Below, piece after piece: positions 13,837 to 33,012 of a stretch of 64,000 bases of DNA (within the stretch, counting starts at the first letter, position 1; every line of letters starts with the position of its first letter). Both the position numbers and the translations under genes were made by a program. Source of the DNA: Eledone cirrhosa (Eukaryota); the NCBI GenBank assembly GCA_964016885.1, contig OZ024742.1, positions 314,278,001 through 314,342,000 on the forward strand, written 5' to 3'. The notes beneath the pieces were generated by a model. It did not search any database, was not told where the DNA came from, and saw only the letters and a program-made list of their open reading frames with translations.

Positions 13837-14085
13837 TAAAAGGTAAACAGAAATAACAACACAATCGGTACAGTATATGGAAGGTATATATTAGGTTAAG
13901 GCTTGATATAGCAGGAAGAGGGTCTTAACGTTTCGGACGCTAGTCTTTCATCAGAAGAAATAATGAGGAATACAATAGATTGAGGAAACGGGCGGGTTTG
14001 AATTGAAAATAAATGTCTTTAGATAACAATAACAGGTCCATTCATGTTGACATCTCTAGCAAAACTGTTGGTGCTGGCGTTTTAT
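13837..14085 (-). mobile_element. Solo 3' end / pLTR of the PLE family at 55261-57081, with hammerhead at 13923-13958
   Basis: Diverged reverse complement of ~56830-57081; tctt-CTGATGA-aagac-tagc-gtcc-GAAA-cg-TT-aaga. Confidence 0.8.
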
Positions 14086-14093
14086 GTATGATT

Positions 14094-14146
<53 letters not shown>

Positions 14147-14657
14147 ATATTTGGGGAGGGTCATATTTGCGTAATATTGCCAGAATTAATAACAGAACAC
14201 ACTCACTGTTTGGTTGGTTTTCGCTTCTCGCTGTCTTTTATATATATATATCTGCGATCTAACTTACTCGGTCCTCAATGTTGCCATTGACTGACCGGCG
14301 GTCAAAAATAATACAGATACAATATAGACAAACACATATATATATAGTTTACATAAATCTTTCGTTGCACATCTGCAACATCGTCAGTGGTGTTATATTC
14401 ATTGTTCCTCCTGTTGTGTTGTATGTCTACGCCATTTTTTTTGTTCAGTCTGTCTATATATTTATTTATTTATTTGCTTGTTTGTTTATCTTATTTTATT
14501 TTGTCTTCTTTGCGCATGCGTTTGCGTGTGTGTATAGTGTTATGTGTGATGTGTGACTAGTGTGTATAGTGTTGTCTGCTGGGTGACTAGTGTGTGTTTA
14601 TGTGCTTGTGTATGTATTTATTTATCTTATTTTATTTAATTTAATTTACTTATTTAT

Positions 14658-15533
14658 TTATACTTCTCTTAGGTCAGTGTTGTTTGTTTGGGTGTTGTTG
14701 TTGTTCCACTCATTCTTTCTGTTTAGCTTTGGTCTTCTAATTTCTATTTCACTGGCCTCTCTGATTTGCCTATCTGCTGGGTCATTCCTATGTTTAGATA
14801 TTATTCTAATTTCTATGTTGTCTATGTTACCGTCATGATGTTGTCTAGCATGTTCGTATAGTACTGACCCGTTTTTTCGTCCTTTTAGTTCCCCCCAGTG
14901 TTGGTCTATCCTTTCACCTATGCTACGAGCTGTCTCACCTATGTATGTTGTTGTCGTGTTTCTGCAAGTACCCTCTGTACATCTTATGCTATAGACTACG
15001 TTTCTAGTTTTACAGTTTATCCGGGGGTTCACCTTACATATGATACATTTCCTATTGGTACAGTGGGTTTTCTTAAAAGGGTAGGTTTTGCTGATCAGGG
15101 ATTTTATGGTGGTTCCTGGCTTTTCTACCACCTTTATTTTTAAGTGGGTCTTTCTCAGGGCCTTTCTACACTGGTTAGCTAATTTCCCTCCAGGGGTGGC
15201 GTCCACAAACATGACACTCTGATATCTCTGGTTGTCGTACCATGATGTGGCCTTCCCTATCTTATGTCTAGCCCTATCTAAGCTATTCCATGATTTGCTC
15301 CTGTATAGTGGGCAAATTCCTTTCATGTCCAGTTCTATGAGGGTCTTATACTTTTCCATGGCTCCTTCGTATACTCTGACTCTGTCTCTTTGGTTGTAGC
15401 CAGAGAACTGCATGCGGTTGATGAAGTGTTGGATGTGTCCTTCCATTTCTGTTGGGTCGCACATGCTGGACACATTCTTCATCACTCGTACCAAATCTGC
15501 GATCAGAATATTAAACTTAGCACTACTGGACAT
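14658..15533 (-). CDS. Inverted copy of PLE thumb + GIY-YIG endonuclease region (291 aa)
   Basis: Identical to the C-terminal 291 aa of the 15412-17367 ORF. Confidence 0.8.
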   Translation of the reverse strand: MSSSAKFNILIADLVRVMKNVSSMCDPTEMEGHIQHFINRMQFSGYNQRDRVRVYEGAMEKYKTLIELDMKGICPLYRSKSWNSLDRARHKIGKATSWYDNQRYQSVMFVDATPGGKLANQCRKALRKTHLKIKVVEKPGTTIKSLISKTYPFKKTHCTNRKCIICKVNPRINCKTRNVVYSIRCTEGTCRNTTTTYIGETARSIGERIDQHWGELKGRKNGSVLYEHARQHHDGNIDNIEIRIISKHRNDPADRQIREASEIEIRRPKLNRKNEWNNNNTQTNNTDLREV

Positions 15534-17367
15534 TGCTGAGTTTTTGAGTATCAGGATCTCCTACTTCCTCTCAATGGTTATACGCCCCATAATCAAGATG
15601 TCCCCAGATGTATGTGAAAGTACAGAGGACCTCCTCAGCAGAATCAGTGAGTGCAACAAAAACAGGAGCCTATCCAACTGCATAATAGGCAGCATGGATG
15701 TGGTGTCACTGTACCCATCCATTAACATTGATTTTGCTGTGAAAAGATGTGTGGAGATGATCATTGAGAGTGAGGTGGAGTTCTGCGACGTCGACACAGA
15801 CGAACTGGGCCTCCTACTTAGACTTACCTACGACACTGACTACCTAGACAGCCATGACCTTAGATGTTTCTGCCCTAGTAGACCTATAAGAGGTAGACCC
15901 CCCACCATAACCTCAATGGCTAAAAAGACTCCCATAGGAAGGTGGATTGGGTGGACCAAAGCTATACGGACCCCCCAAAACACTGATCAGGTAAGAAAAA
16001 TGGTCGCACATGCAATAGGGGCTAGTATCAAAACTACCCTAAAGGGCCACATATTTAAGTTCAATGAGAAAATCTACACCCAAAATGAGGGAGCAGCCAT
16101 CGGCGTCAGCATAGCTGGCGATGTTGCCAACCTTTTCATGGTATGGTGGGAAAGGAGACTTAAAGATCTCCTTAATGAAAGCTCCATAGACCTCATCATG
16201 TACTCTCGTTATGTAGACGATATCAATATAGTTATAAGAACACCCCCACTAGAGAGCACTAACAAGTTTGATTTAGAACGTAGCACGATGGAAAGCATCC
16301 AGCAGATAGCTAATTCCATACACCAGAGTATAACTGTAACTATAGACTTCCCTTCCAAACACCCTAACAATAGACTACCTGTATTAGACACAGAACTCTG
16401 GATTAACACTATAGACGAGAGAGCCCAAATTCTCCACTCACACTATGCTAAACCCATGGCCTCCAAATACCTGATACTCAAAAACTCAGCAATGTCCAGT
16501 AGTGCTAAGTTTAATATTCTGATCGCAGATTTGGTACGAGTGATGAAGAATGTGTCCAGCATGTGCGACCCAACAGAAATGGAAGGACACATCCAACACT
16601 TCATCAACCGCATGCAGTTCTCTGGCTACAACCAAAGAGACAGAGTCAGAGTATACGAAGGAGCCATGGAAAAGTATAAGACCCTCATAGAACTGGACAT
16701 GAAAGGAATTTGCCCACTATACAGGAGCAAATCATGGAATAGCTTAGATAGGGCTAGACATAAGATAGGGAAGGCCACATCATGGTACGACAACCAGAGA
16801 TATCAGAGTGTCATGTTTGTGGACGCCACCCCTGGAGGGAAATTAGCTAACCAGTGTAGAAAGGCCCTGAGAAAGACCCACTTAAAAATAAAGGTGGTAG
16901 AAAAGCCAGGAACCACCATAAAATCCCTGATCAGCAAAACCTACCCTTTTAAGAAAACCCACTGTACCAATAGGAAATGTATCATATGTAAGGTGAACCC
17001 CCGGATAAACTGTAAAACTAGAAACGTAGTCTATAGCATAAGATGTACAGAGGGTACTTGCAGAAACACGACAACAACATACATAGGTGAGACAGCTCGT
17101 AGCATAGGTGAAAGGATAGACCAACACTGGGGGGAACTAAAAGGACGAAAAAACGGGTCAGTACTATACGAACATGCTAGACAACATCATGACGGTAACA
17201 TAGACAACATAGAAATTAGAATAATATCTAAACATAGGAATGACCCAGCAGATAGGCAAATCAGAGAGGCCAGTGAAATAGAAATTAGAAGACCAAAGCT
17301 AAACAGAAAGAATGAGTGGAACAACAACAACACCCAAACAAACAACACTGACCTAAGAGAAGTATAA
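15412..17367 (+). CDS. Penelope-like reverse transcriptase + GIY-YIG endonuclease (N-terminal ~48 aa derive from antisense of the inverted arm)
   Basis: RT motifs SMDVVSLYPSI, QNEGAAIG, YSRYVDD, LPVLD; Cys knuckle CTNRKCIIC; GIY-YIG NVVYSIRC...YIGETARSIGERIDQH and REA.EI...P.LN. Confidence 0.92.
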   Translation: MRLMKCWMCPSISVGSHMLDTFFITRTKSAIRILNLALLDIAEFLSIRISYFLSMVIRPIIKMSPDVCESTEDLLSRISECNKNRSLSNCIIGSMDVVSLYPSINIDFAVKRCVEMIIESEVEFCDVDTDELGLLLRLTYDTDYLDSHDLRCFCPSRPIRGRPPTITSMAKKTPIGRWIGWTKAIRTPQNTDQVRKMVAHAIGASIKTTLKGHIFKFNEKIYTQNEGAAIGVSIAGDVANLFMVWWERRLKDLLNESSIDLIMYSRYVDDINIVIRTPPLESTNKFDLERSTMESIQQIANSIHQSITVTIDFPSKHPNNRLPVLDTELWINTIDERAQILHSHYAKPMASKYLILKNSAMSSSAKFNILIADLVRVMKNVSSMCDPTEMEGHIQHFINRMQFSGYNQRDRVRVYEGAMEKYKTLIELDMKGICPLYRSKSWNSLDRARHKIGKATSWYDNQRYQSVMFVDATPGGKLANQCRKALRKTHLKIKVVEKPGTTIKSLISKTYPFKKTHCTNRKCIICKVNPRINCKTRNVVYSIRCTEGTCRNTTTTYIGETARSIGERIDQHWGELKGRKNGSVLYEHARQHHDGNIDNIEIRIISKHRNDPADRQIREASEIEIRRPKLNRKNEWNNNNTQTNNTDLREV

Positions 17368-17633
17368 ATAAATAAGTAAATTAAATTAAATAAAATAAGA
17401 TAAATAAATACATACACAAGCACATAAACACACACTAGTCACCCAGCAGACAACACTATACACACTAGTCACACATCACACATAACACTATACACACACG
17501 CAAACGCATGCGCAAAGAAGACAAAATAAAATAAGATAAACAAACAAGCAAATAAATAAATAAATATATAGACAGACTGAACAAAAAAAATGGCGTAGAC
17601 ATACAACACAACAGGAGGAACAATGAATATAAC

Positions 17634-17674
17634 ACCACTGACGATGTTGCAGATGTGCAACGAAAGATTTATGT
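17634..17674 (+). ncRNA. Minimal hammerhead-like motif in the PLE 3' pLTR (mirror copy at 14351-14391, minus)
   Basis: acca-CTGACGA-t-gttgca-gatg-tgcaac-GAAA-gatt-TA-tgt; core and stem II are perfect, stems I and III are weak. Confidence 0.6.
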
Positions 17675-17962
17675 AAACTATATATATATGTGTTTGTCTA
17701 TATTGTATCTGTATTATTTTTGACCGCCGGTCAGTCAATGGCAACATTGAGGACCGAGTAAGTTAGATCGCAGATATATATATATAAAAGACAGCGAGAA
17801 GCGAAAACCAACCAAACAGTGAGTGTGTTCTGTTATTAATTCTGGCAATATTACGCAAATATGACCCTCCCCAAATATAACAATATCTGTTTCGACACAC
17901 GATTTCATATAAAAAACCTCGCAAAACTAATTCATCGCCGCTATATATATATATATATATAA

Positions 17963-18712
<750 letters not shown>

Positions 18713-20847
18713 GTGTATATGAAACAATAAACCATATATTGAAATACATTCAACATACGAGAAACTCACAATAAAACATGTATTTTTTGGTTAGGCAAAC
18801 AAACATATTTTTTCTCTCTTTTGCTCTGTGCTTATGTCACAGATATATCAGTAGCCCTGGAGAATACCAGAGAGCTGTTTGAACATACTAATCTGCAATA
18901 TCACAAATGGAAAATATTCTTTGATAGAAAGTCTCTCATATGTTTATTGTATATAAACATTTAGTATATGCTTTCATACACACCCTTATTGTGCCTAATA
19001 CTATCTTAATGGTAGTGCCATTTAATTGACACCAGCCAAAGCCAAGTTCGCACTATATGCAAATGAGCATTTATAGCCAATGTTCTCTATTTGATAAAAG
19101 CAAATGAGTACATCTAGCAAATATACAGAATCCATATAGGCTGTTGTTTATTTTCATCTCAATGCAGGTTGAGTGAATGTCGCTGACAAGATATTAACAC
19201 ATCTTGAAACAGTAGTCAGTCTGACATTCTCAACGTCTACTGAGATATTTCCGTGACATGTTCTCAGAGTAGAATAGAGTAAAATAAATTCTTTCTATGT
19301 GGGAATGCAGATTACGTAGGGTTCTCAGTCCACTAATCTGAGTGAATGCTACTTGCATTTTACTGTAGTAAAAAGAGGCTTTATAAATTCAGTCAACACA
19401 TAAAACCTTGAATATTTAGCAGATATAACCTAAAATAATTCACTTTGTATTGCTGGATATCATATTTGCCCCATAAGAGATCTTCTAATAACAAATACAC
19501 ATATGAAAATTTGAATTTGGCGCCATTTTGACTATAAGGTATGTTTCTTTTTAATATTTAATGGGTTTGTCTAGTACTGGTGATACAATTTATTTAAAAC
19601 CAATTAAGAAGTTGGATTTCAAGTATATAATTTTGTTTCACCGAAACTATTCAAAAGAAGAAAATAAATAAAATGCAATTTAGCGTTAATAAATTGATTC
19701 CAAAAGGCATCAGCAAAATAGATTAGTTCCTATACCTGAGGTTAATTTTTAAGAAATTATCAGTGATTTTCAAAAATAAATGTTACTGCTGAGACAAAAT
19801 GAATGTCAGGCCATTTTCGGCTTACATCCGCGTGTGCTTTACTAGTGAATGATTTTCTTTTTCTTTCTTCTGTTCGAATATCTCTTCAGTTTATATTTCC
19901 TGTACGATTAAACACCATACTGACTGCACATTCTTTGATCAAACCTCCTGGAGTTTCTCATTAATTATCCTGATATTATCTTCAACATTTCACGTCTTTC
20001 CAATTCCTCATCGACATCTTTATCATCAGCATGATCATTATTTCTGGTATTGGATTGACAATCAAACAATATGGTTTAATCAATAATGTTTTCACTGAAT
20101 TAATCGATTGTTATCTCCATTGCTAATTTCAAATCAAAATGCCTTCTTTAATATTGTTGGAATTAATTATAATCATTATCATCGCCATCACAATCATTAC
20201 CATCATCATGATCACGATCATCATGATCTTCATCATCATGATTGTTGTTCCTTTTGTTGTAAAGTTTATTGTTTTACTATTACATTACATAGTTTCCTTA
20301 TTTGTATTGCTATTAGTGTTATAGCAGTATTGTGCCTTTGTTGGTAATAAAAATTATGTTCCATAAAAACAATAATCAGTGAAACACAATTATGTTTCAA
20401 ACAGGTAATTTGATCGTCCGTGTCATTGGAAATCTAAATCTGTGTATGTATGAAATACAATATTACAAATATACCAACATAAATATAATAATTTATTGAT
20501 ATACAAAAGGAAACAACGGAAGAGCTAAATTTGTAATATAACATCAAAATTATAGTAACAGTGAGTATAAAAATGGAGCAATACAAACACTGATAATAGT
20601 TGGAAAATCTTCAACAACGACAACTATCAAAGGAACTGAAACATGAAAGAAAATATCAGATTACGAGTAGAAATATGAAAAACCGGTCCAAAGTACATCT
20701 GCCAGCTGTAAGTGTATATAGAAAAATATAGCAACACAATGCGTCATATCAGTATTTACAAAAGTAGATAGAAGAAGAAAAATAAGAACATAGAAACAAC
20801 AATAAGTGATCGAAGAAATCAAAGCATCTGTTATATATATACATGCT

Positions 20848-21066
20848 TCACATTCATTCAACTTCAGTGAACATAATCTTGCCCAGGAGGCGGTGATGTC
20901 ACCAGATGGTGTTTCGATCCTCAACCATAACCACCTGCGTACTGCTTGTTCAGCAGTGGTGGCAAAACTACTGACCTTCTTCGCCTCCTGGCTTCCAGCT
21001 TATCTCCAAAGCCAAAACGAGGCTCTTACTGCTGCCTCCCACATCTTGTATTACATGGACATTATG
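20848..21066 (-). pseudogene. Possible HERO-like REL non-LTR 3' end remnant
   Basis: Minus-strand WEAAVRASFWLWR resembles the C-terminal EAAE.AS.WLW motif of HERO-type elements. Confidence 0.35.
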
Positions 21067-21281
21067 TAATACAAAGAGCGAGTCTTGTTACATACCCTGG
21101 CAAACAATGTGTCACGTTGAATCTCATAAAAATACTTTAAGGATACATGTGTCTATGAGATGTTCTGTCTCTTGAACATATATTTCATGTGTAAACAGTT
21201 CCGTTCATTGAATAACTGGAACACACTTTGTCGAAAACTATGGAGGTCAATTTCATTTCTTGATTTCTAGTTTTGGAGACA

Positions 21282-21325
<44 letters not shown>

Positions 21326-21329
<4 letters not shown>

Positions 21330-21757
21330 TAAAAGAGAAAACACTGGTAAGCATTAAGAGAAGGATTTTATCCAGGTATTTACGACCGTTTCATTGGTAA
21401 GTGCAACCTTATATTGCTATACTGCAAATAGCAGCCACTCAATGATAATTGTTGTTCACGTCCAAATTTTCACTAATTTGAAAATTTGGACGTGAACACC
21501 AATTATCATTGAGGCTGCTATTTGCAGAATAGCAATATAAGGTTGCACTTACCAATGAAACGGTCGTAAATACCTGGATAAAATCCTTCTCTTAATGCTT
21601 ACCTGTGTTTTCTCTTTTATACTTTATACTCCAAGATTGAACAGAATTCTTACAAACTTGTGGAGTTACACCTAACCGTACGTTGAAACCGTCCATGAAA
21701 CTGGCTTTCTTAACCACGAAGTGGATCACAATAAGCAATTTTCTGCTTCCCTAACAA
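21326..21757. mobile_element. Fold-back element (family G), near-perfect ~145-bp arms, U3-A8 hammerhead-like core at 21478-21568
   Basis: 21326-21472 is the reverse complement of 21479-21622; TTGAAAA-t-ttgg...ccaa-t-GAAA-cgg-TC-gt; stem I is truncated at the fold centre. Confidence 0.7.
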
Positions 21758-22228
21758 TATATATATATATATATATATCTTTCTTTACTGCTGTTGCAGA
21801 CAGACATTGAATTTATGTACTTGTATTGATTATTGTTTTCAACGCTACATCTTTTGAAATAGATAATATCTAATGTTGTTTGCGATATTGTTTTCCAATG
21901 TATATCATCGTTAGTATGTGTGTTCTATGTACAACATTATAATTATTTGTATATTCGTATTAAACATGCACAAATCCTGCCTCACGACATTTCTAAATCA
22001 TGTTCATCGTTGTAATGTGTAAGATTCTAACTAATGATTTTCGTTTTACAAGAAGGAAGGAAAAAAAGAAATAAGCAACATTTCCCACACAATCACACAC
22101 ACACACACTTACAACACACACACACGCAATAACTCACATACACACACAAACACATACATACATGCAGACATATATATATATATATAGTACATGGATACAC
22201 ACACACACACATATATATACATATATAG

Positions 22229-22312
<84 letters not shown>

Positions 22313-22342
22313 GTATATATATGTGTGTGTGTGTATCCATGT

Positions 22343-22390
<48 letters not shown>

Positions 22391-22428
22391 GTATATATAT
22401 ATATATATGTATATATATACATATATGG

Positions 22429-22518
<90 letters not shown>

Positions 22519-22839
22519 GTGTGTGTGAAGTTGTCAACAGGAAGAGACACTATCACTGATAATTCTTGTTCTTTGTACGTTTCATTATCGAAATATATGA
22601 TCGATAATTTCGATTAATTAATTAATTTCCCTCAAGCTCATCAGGAATAAGCAGATGGAAAATGTATAGAGATCTATAAGTATGGTGGACAAAAGCATGA
22701 GCTCTTCAAAACAATTTTGAAACTCTGCCTGGTTTCTTAGGTATACAAGAGCTCGTCCATCAAACATATCTACAAGAACAAAGGAAATTGGAGTATATGT
22801 GATTCGCATGGAGAGATATCAATTCCGCCAATTGCTGGT

Positions 22840-23240
22840 AAAATAGTAACCATGCTGATACTTAATAATATCATGAAATATATCGTTGATGACATTTAGC
22901 CTGATTCACATTGTGGCTTTTTTTCATCCTGTGGCACAATCGAAACGATATCTTCTCTTCGCCAGTGTGCTGAAGTCAGTGAGAGAAATCTGGTGTTCGT
23001 AGATTTAACAAAGGTCTTTCACACTGAAAATCAGCAAGTGCTTTGGAAAGATCTAAAAATCTTAGGATACTTGATAAGATGCTTGTCGCCTTCCATGAGC
23101 GGATAAAAGCTGTTGTTTCATATAATGGGGAGTTTTCGGATTCCTTTGATGTAACGAATGATGCACAAAACAAGGCTGTCATGGTTCCAGTTCTTTTTGC
23201 CCTATACTTCTAAGTGATTCTGAAATAAGCTTTTGATGAA
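22840..23240 (+). pseudogene. Decayed RTE/BovB-like RT remnant
   Basis: Fragments PDSHCGF..CGTIETISSLRQ, LVFVDLTKVF, AFHERIKAVV..GEFSDSFDVTN..KQGC, VPVLFALYF. Confidence 0.7.
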
Positions 23241-23483
23241 CGAGAGAGGCATAAAACAGGACACCAAAATACAGGTATATACAGCTTGTTTTACTTATAG
23301 CAATTATACCAGAAACATTATCCAGTAGTCCTTACGTTTGGATAATCTGTGGACCTTCCTGCAAGACCTCGACAGATCTAAGATATAAACGTCCAAACTG
23401 AATGTAGGTCGTTCGAATCTTCATACGTCGAAATCGATGTAAGAGGTCGTCATACATACATGCAAACATACATATATATATAC

Positions 23484-28761
<5,278 letters not shown>

Positions 28762-29353
28762 GTATATATAAAAATGTGTGTATATATAAAAATGTATACG
28801 GCAAATAACTGCAGATACATATATTCATATACATAAGCATATAGATATACATTTAAACGTCTCCATTAATTACAATTTTTGCTGAATGAATTACTTGACT
28901 AAATCATTAATGCATTAGTCAGAGCGTTATATAATTAATGATGGATAAAGTAAAGTAATTCCGACAAAAATGAACCACACAATATTTCGTGATTCTCGCT
29001 GCAGCTTCATCCCGAGGGGTACAAACATGCTAAAATGAATTGCTATTTTTAACGACCCCTTTTGCTTGCCAACAGTCCATTTATTACTTCTCTTCTTGTG
29101 AAATATATACCAAGTGACTGTTGTCCCTTATGAAGACGACATCGGCCATGATATTCACTCTCAGGGTATAAGAAGATTCTCAGTAGGGTTCTGTCCTCGT
29201 AATTCTATATGCTAAATTAACAGAATATAGGGTTTCTCTTCAGAATGAAACTGCAGTAAGAATCACGAATTCTTTTGGTGTAATTTGTTTGTATTAATTT
29301 ATTTTCATTACTCATTATATATATATAAACCATACCTATATATATATACTCTA

Positions 29354-29389
29354 CTTTTGAAAAGCAGAAGAACTGCGAAACCGGTAAAG
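29354..29389 (+). ncRNA. Minimal type I hammerhead with U3-A8 core (family I)
   Basis: ctt-TTGAAAA-gcag-aagaa-ctgc-GAAA-ccgg-TA-aag, followed by AATAAA and a ~46-bp tail duplicated at 29417 and 29507 between (TA)n tracts. Confidence 0.65.
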
Positions 29390-29458
29390 GAACCAAATAA
29401 ATATATATATTTTTTTAAAAATAAGGCTCCAGTTGCATTTTCGATTTCATCTTTTTTT

Positions 29459-29514
<56 letters not shown>

Positions 29515-29548
29515 GGCTCCAGTTGCATTTTCGATTTCATCTTTTTTT

Positions 29549-29624
<76 letters not shown>

Positions 29625-32600
29625 GTTTACAAAGTCGCACGTCTATACATCTATCTGCCAATAAAGAAATATATCTATGTAAAGAAACATATCTATGTAT
29701 TTCTCTTTCCATTATCTCTCTCTTTCTCTTTCCCTCTCAATTTCCTTTCATTCGACGCTCTACTAATGTTGGTAACCAACCATCCGTCCAGCATGAAAAT
29801 ATATTGATATACTGGAAATAGATTTTTGCCACGCTTATACTGTAATGGCTGTGATCATGAATACAGCCAAGACGACGCCAACAATACGTCATCCCATTAG
29901 ATACTGTGACAGAAGTCTTTTCTACCACCTTTCTGTCTGTGACTATTGCTTTCGAACAGGGCAACACTGAATAATGTAATGGAATTAAGATGCTAGAAAT
30001 TATCTATATATATCATTTCGAAGGGGACGATATAAATCAAAGCCAATCTGTATTTCACACTGCAAGTGCATTCAGACGAATTACACAGACACAGATACAA
30101 ACTGGCAAACACATATTTGGATGTCTTGGTGAACGCACCCAACAGGGTGTTTAAGGAGTTCGTTTCGCAACAATTAGGTCCCGTGTTCGGTCTTACCGAG
30201 TACCATACTGGGCAAGTTTTATTTACCATACCAGGCTGTTTGTTGAGGAAACAACTTGGATACACTTTATCTAAACTGACGTATGTCCATTCACGAATTC
30301 ATAACCTAAAACATATATATATATATATTATATTATGCTTAAAATATATTTGTTTAAAATATATATATATTATATTATGCGTGAAGACAAATTCTGGGAT
30401 TACTCCTATATCGTGTGTCCATATTTATAAACTTATGCTTATGCTTAATTTATAACATTGTTGTAATTTTAAAGTTTAGATATTACTATTGCTCAACATG
30501 CAACAGATAAAGTATAATTGATATTAAACATTTGTACTAATCCTATATTGTTTCTATGTTGCAAGCGTTTCAAACACTTTATCAAGAATGACATGTAAAT
30601 AATGTTAAACCTATTTCATTTCTTAATTTACAATGCACGTCACCTATTACTGGAAGAACGGATAAGTGATAGTGCACTGTAAAATGTAATCTATGATGAT
30701 AATGCCGAAGTCATTTCTTAATAACTGACAATGAATGTTTATAGCTGTTAGGTGCCATACTGAACACTAGCCTGATATAAATTTATGTTAAAATGAAGTA
30801 AACTCTTTTCACTATCTCACTAACATTGATTAACACGACTAGAGTCTTATTATTATTCAGAGTTGATCAGACATAGATAATATCAAAGACATTCTAACCA
30901 TAAAGTGCATATGCAACAAAAATATCCTTTCGTATAAAGAGTAGGTTACAATTTAAGGGGGTTTACTTCCTATTTTTAGAAAGGAAAATGATAACAAGTA
31001 TATCTATCATTTATTTCTAATTTACTCACAAGGCCACACATTTGGGTGGCGGGTGTGGTAAAGTTGATACGATCAACCCTGTACACAAGACTGGTATTTA
31101 ATTTTATCGATACAGGAAGGATGACAGGGAAATATTGACCTCGGCGGGATATGAACTCAAGAAAGCTGAATCCTTAACAAATGCATTCGTATGTTGCATA
31201 ATGTTTACTCAATGCATATTATTTGGCATAAAGTTTATGATTAAGTATGAATAAAGAAAACGTAAGACAGCTATTTTCTGCAGATATAATTCAGAGTTGG
31301 GATTCCAAATGTATATGCGGTATGATATAAAGATATGTTGTAATTCAGAATGAATATAGGTCCGTTTGTAACACACCACATCGACCTATTCTACATATTT
31401 AGCAAAAACCACTCTGGTAAGCTTGGGAGCCTTCTCTGTTCACCCCCCACTGACGCCAGAATAATAAGAATACGGGAATATATGACATTCCTTCTTACTA
31501 ACACTCCAAATCAATTATTCTATGAGAGTATTGTAAATTAGTATTTTCTTTTTAGCAATCTCGTAATTAATTTGTAGTGTGCCAATCAAGAATTGTAAGG
31601 TTTCTTATTCATTTTTCATACATATATATTACCATGCATTTATACCAGGTTTTTATACCATGCATTTATATCAGATATTGTTATCACCAAAAGTTAAAAT
31701 ATAAGAAAGATATTTTGAAAGAATTGTTTCTCCAATGAGACACCGGTGAATACTTTAAAGAAATTTTATTAATGAAAATTAAGAATCCAAGTGCTCGTCA
31801 TTATTTGCAGTTCTGAAATAAAACAACCGTTAGTTATTTAATAGCAGTGAAACACTAACAATATTATTCACTAATACAGAGGGTTTGGTGTAACTTGCTA
31901 ATATATTTTCAATTAAAATTAAATAAAAACCGCCATTAATTATTATTTTAATTAACATTGAATACCACCAGGTATAGAAAATCTAACGAAATTTAACAAA
32001 GGTTATAAAACAATGATATTTAGCATTATTGTAACACTAAATTGCAGTAAAAGTATTGTAGTAATAACTCAACAGAAGTGAGAGAAAATATTGGTTTTGT
32101 ATCTCTATTTCCTCTGAGTCTTAATCTTTTATTTGTACTATTTTTTGCTGTTGGAGCTGGTCCTTGTTACTGCAGCAATTATTCTAATGTAATTTGTTTT
32201 TCGTAAGCTATGCAGCAGTTGCTGATAATTTAGCTTGTTGAAATTCTTACTGATACTACTGATGCGTTTCTAATGATTTTTATTATTATATCTGTAATGT
32301 TTTATTGTTTTTTATATTTATGGTGATATATATTTTTCAATTTATTTTCTGTGTTCCTAACTTCCAATTTTAACTCAGATTAACTTGTGAAGCATTAAGG
32401 TAATCAACTGATTTTTGGCCTCTTCCGTTCAAATTCTTTTATTTTCCTTTTGCTTTTAACCTGCCTCCATTTATATTTTCAATCTTGCCGAGAATATCCT
32501 AATGTCAATAAAGGAGAAAATAATAAAAAAAATGAATGTAAATGCTTTCCACATTGTGACAAATTACCAGTGAATTCCCATGACTATTCATAGAAAAGAT

Positions 32601-32963
32601 TAATTATATTATATAAATCCAATCAAAAAGAAACGGAGAAAATATTTCAACGTTCCCGCTAACCTCAACCTTTTTAGTTATTTATATCACTTTCACCTGC
32701 ATTATTATTTCCTCTTGTTTAATTTCTATTTTCCCAAACCTTCAAGCGCTTCCAAGTTCTATGCTATTTAAACGTATCTATTCTCATCCGACAATTTTAT
32801 TCTTTACGAAGGACGGATTTACTTTACTTCCAAAATCTATGTGATTTTATGTAATTCTTCCTATTCCAAGAATTGATATTTCTCCAAAAACTACGCATAG
32901 CGGAAAATTAGACTGAATCCACATACACATTCATACTTATACCTAGACACAGAATTCACATAC

Positions 32964-33012
<49 letters not shown>

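Larger units (their letters stand above)
14141..17941 (+). mobile_element. Young Penelope-like element, 5'-truncated, with 1415-bp inverted 3'-end copy and 57-bp tail
   Basis: 14141-15555 mirrors 16470-17884 (positions sum to 32025; the ORF translations are identical). The sense element starts at ~15556, the tail is 17885-17941, and both ends abut (TA)n. Confidence 0.95.

Noticed and set aside
20108-20347. His-rich / Ile-rich ORFs
   Set aside because: Degenerate (CAT)n trinucleotide repeat.
29737-30455. Moderately GC-rich, Cys-containing ORFs that could be host exons
   Set aside because: No recognisable domain or consistent splice sites; needs RNA-seq or BLASTx.
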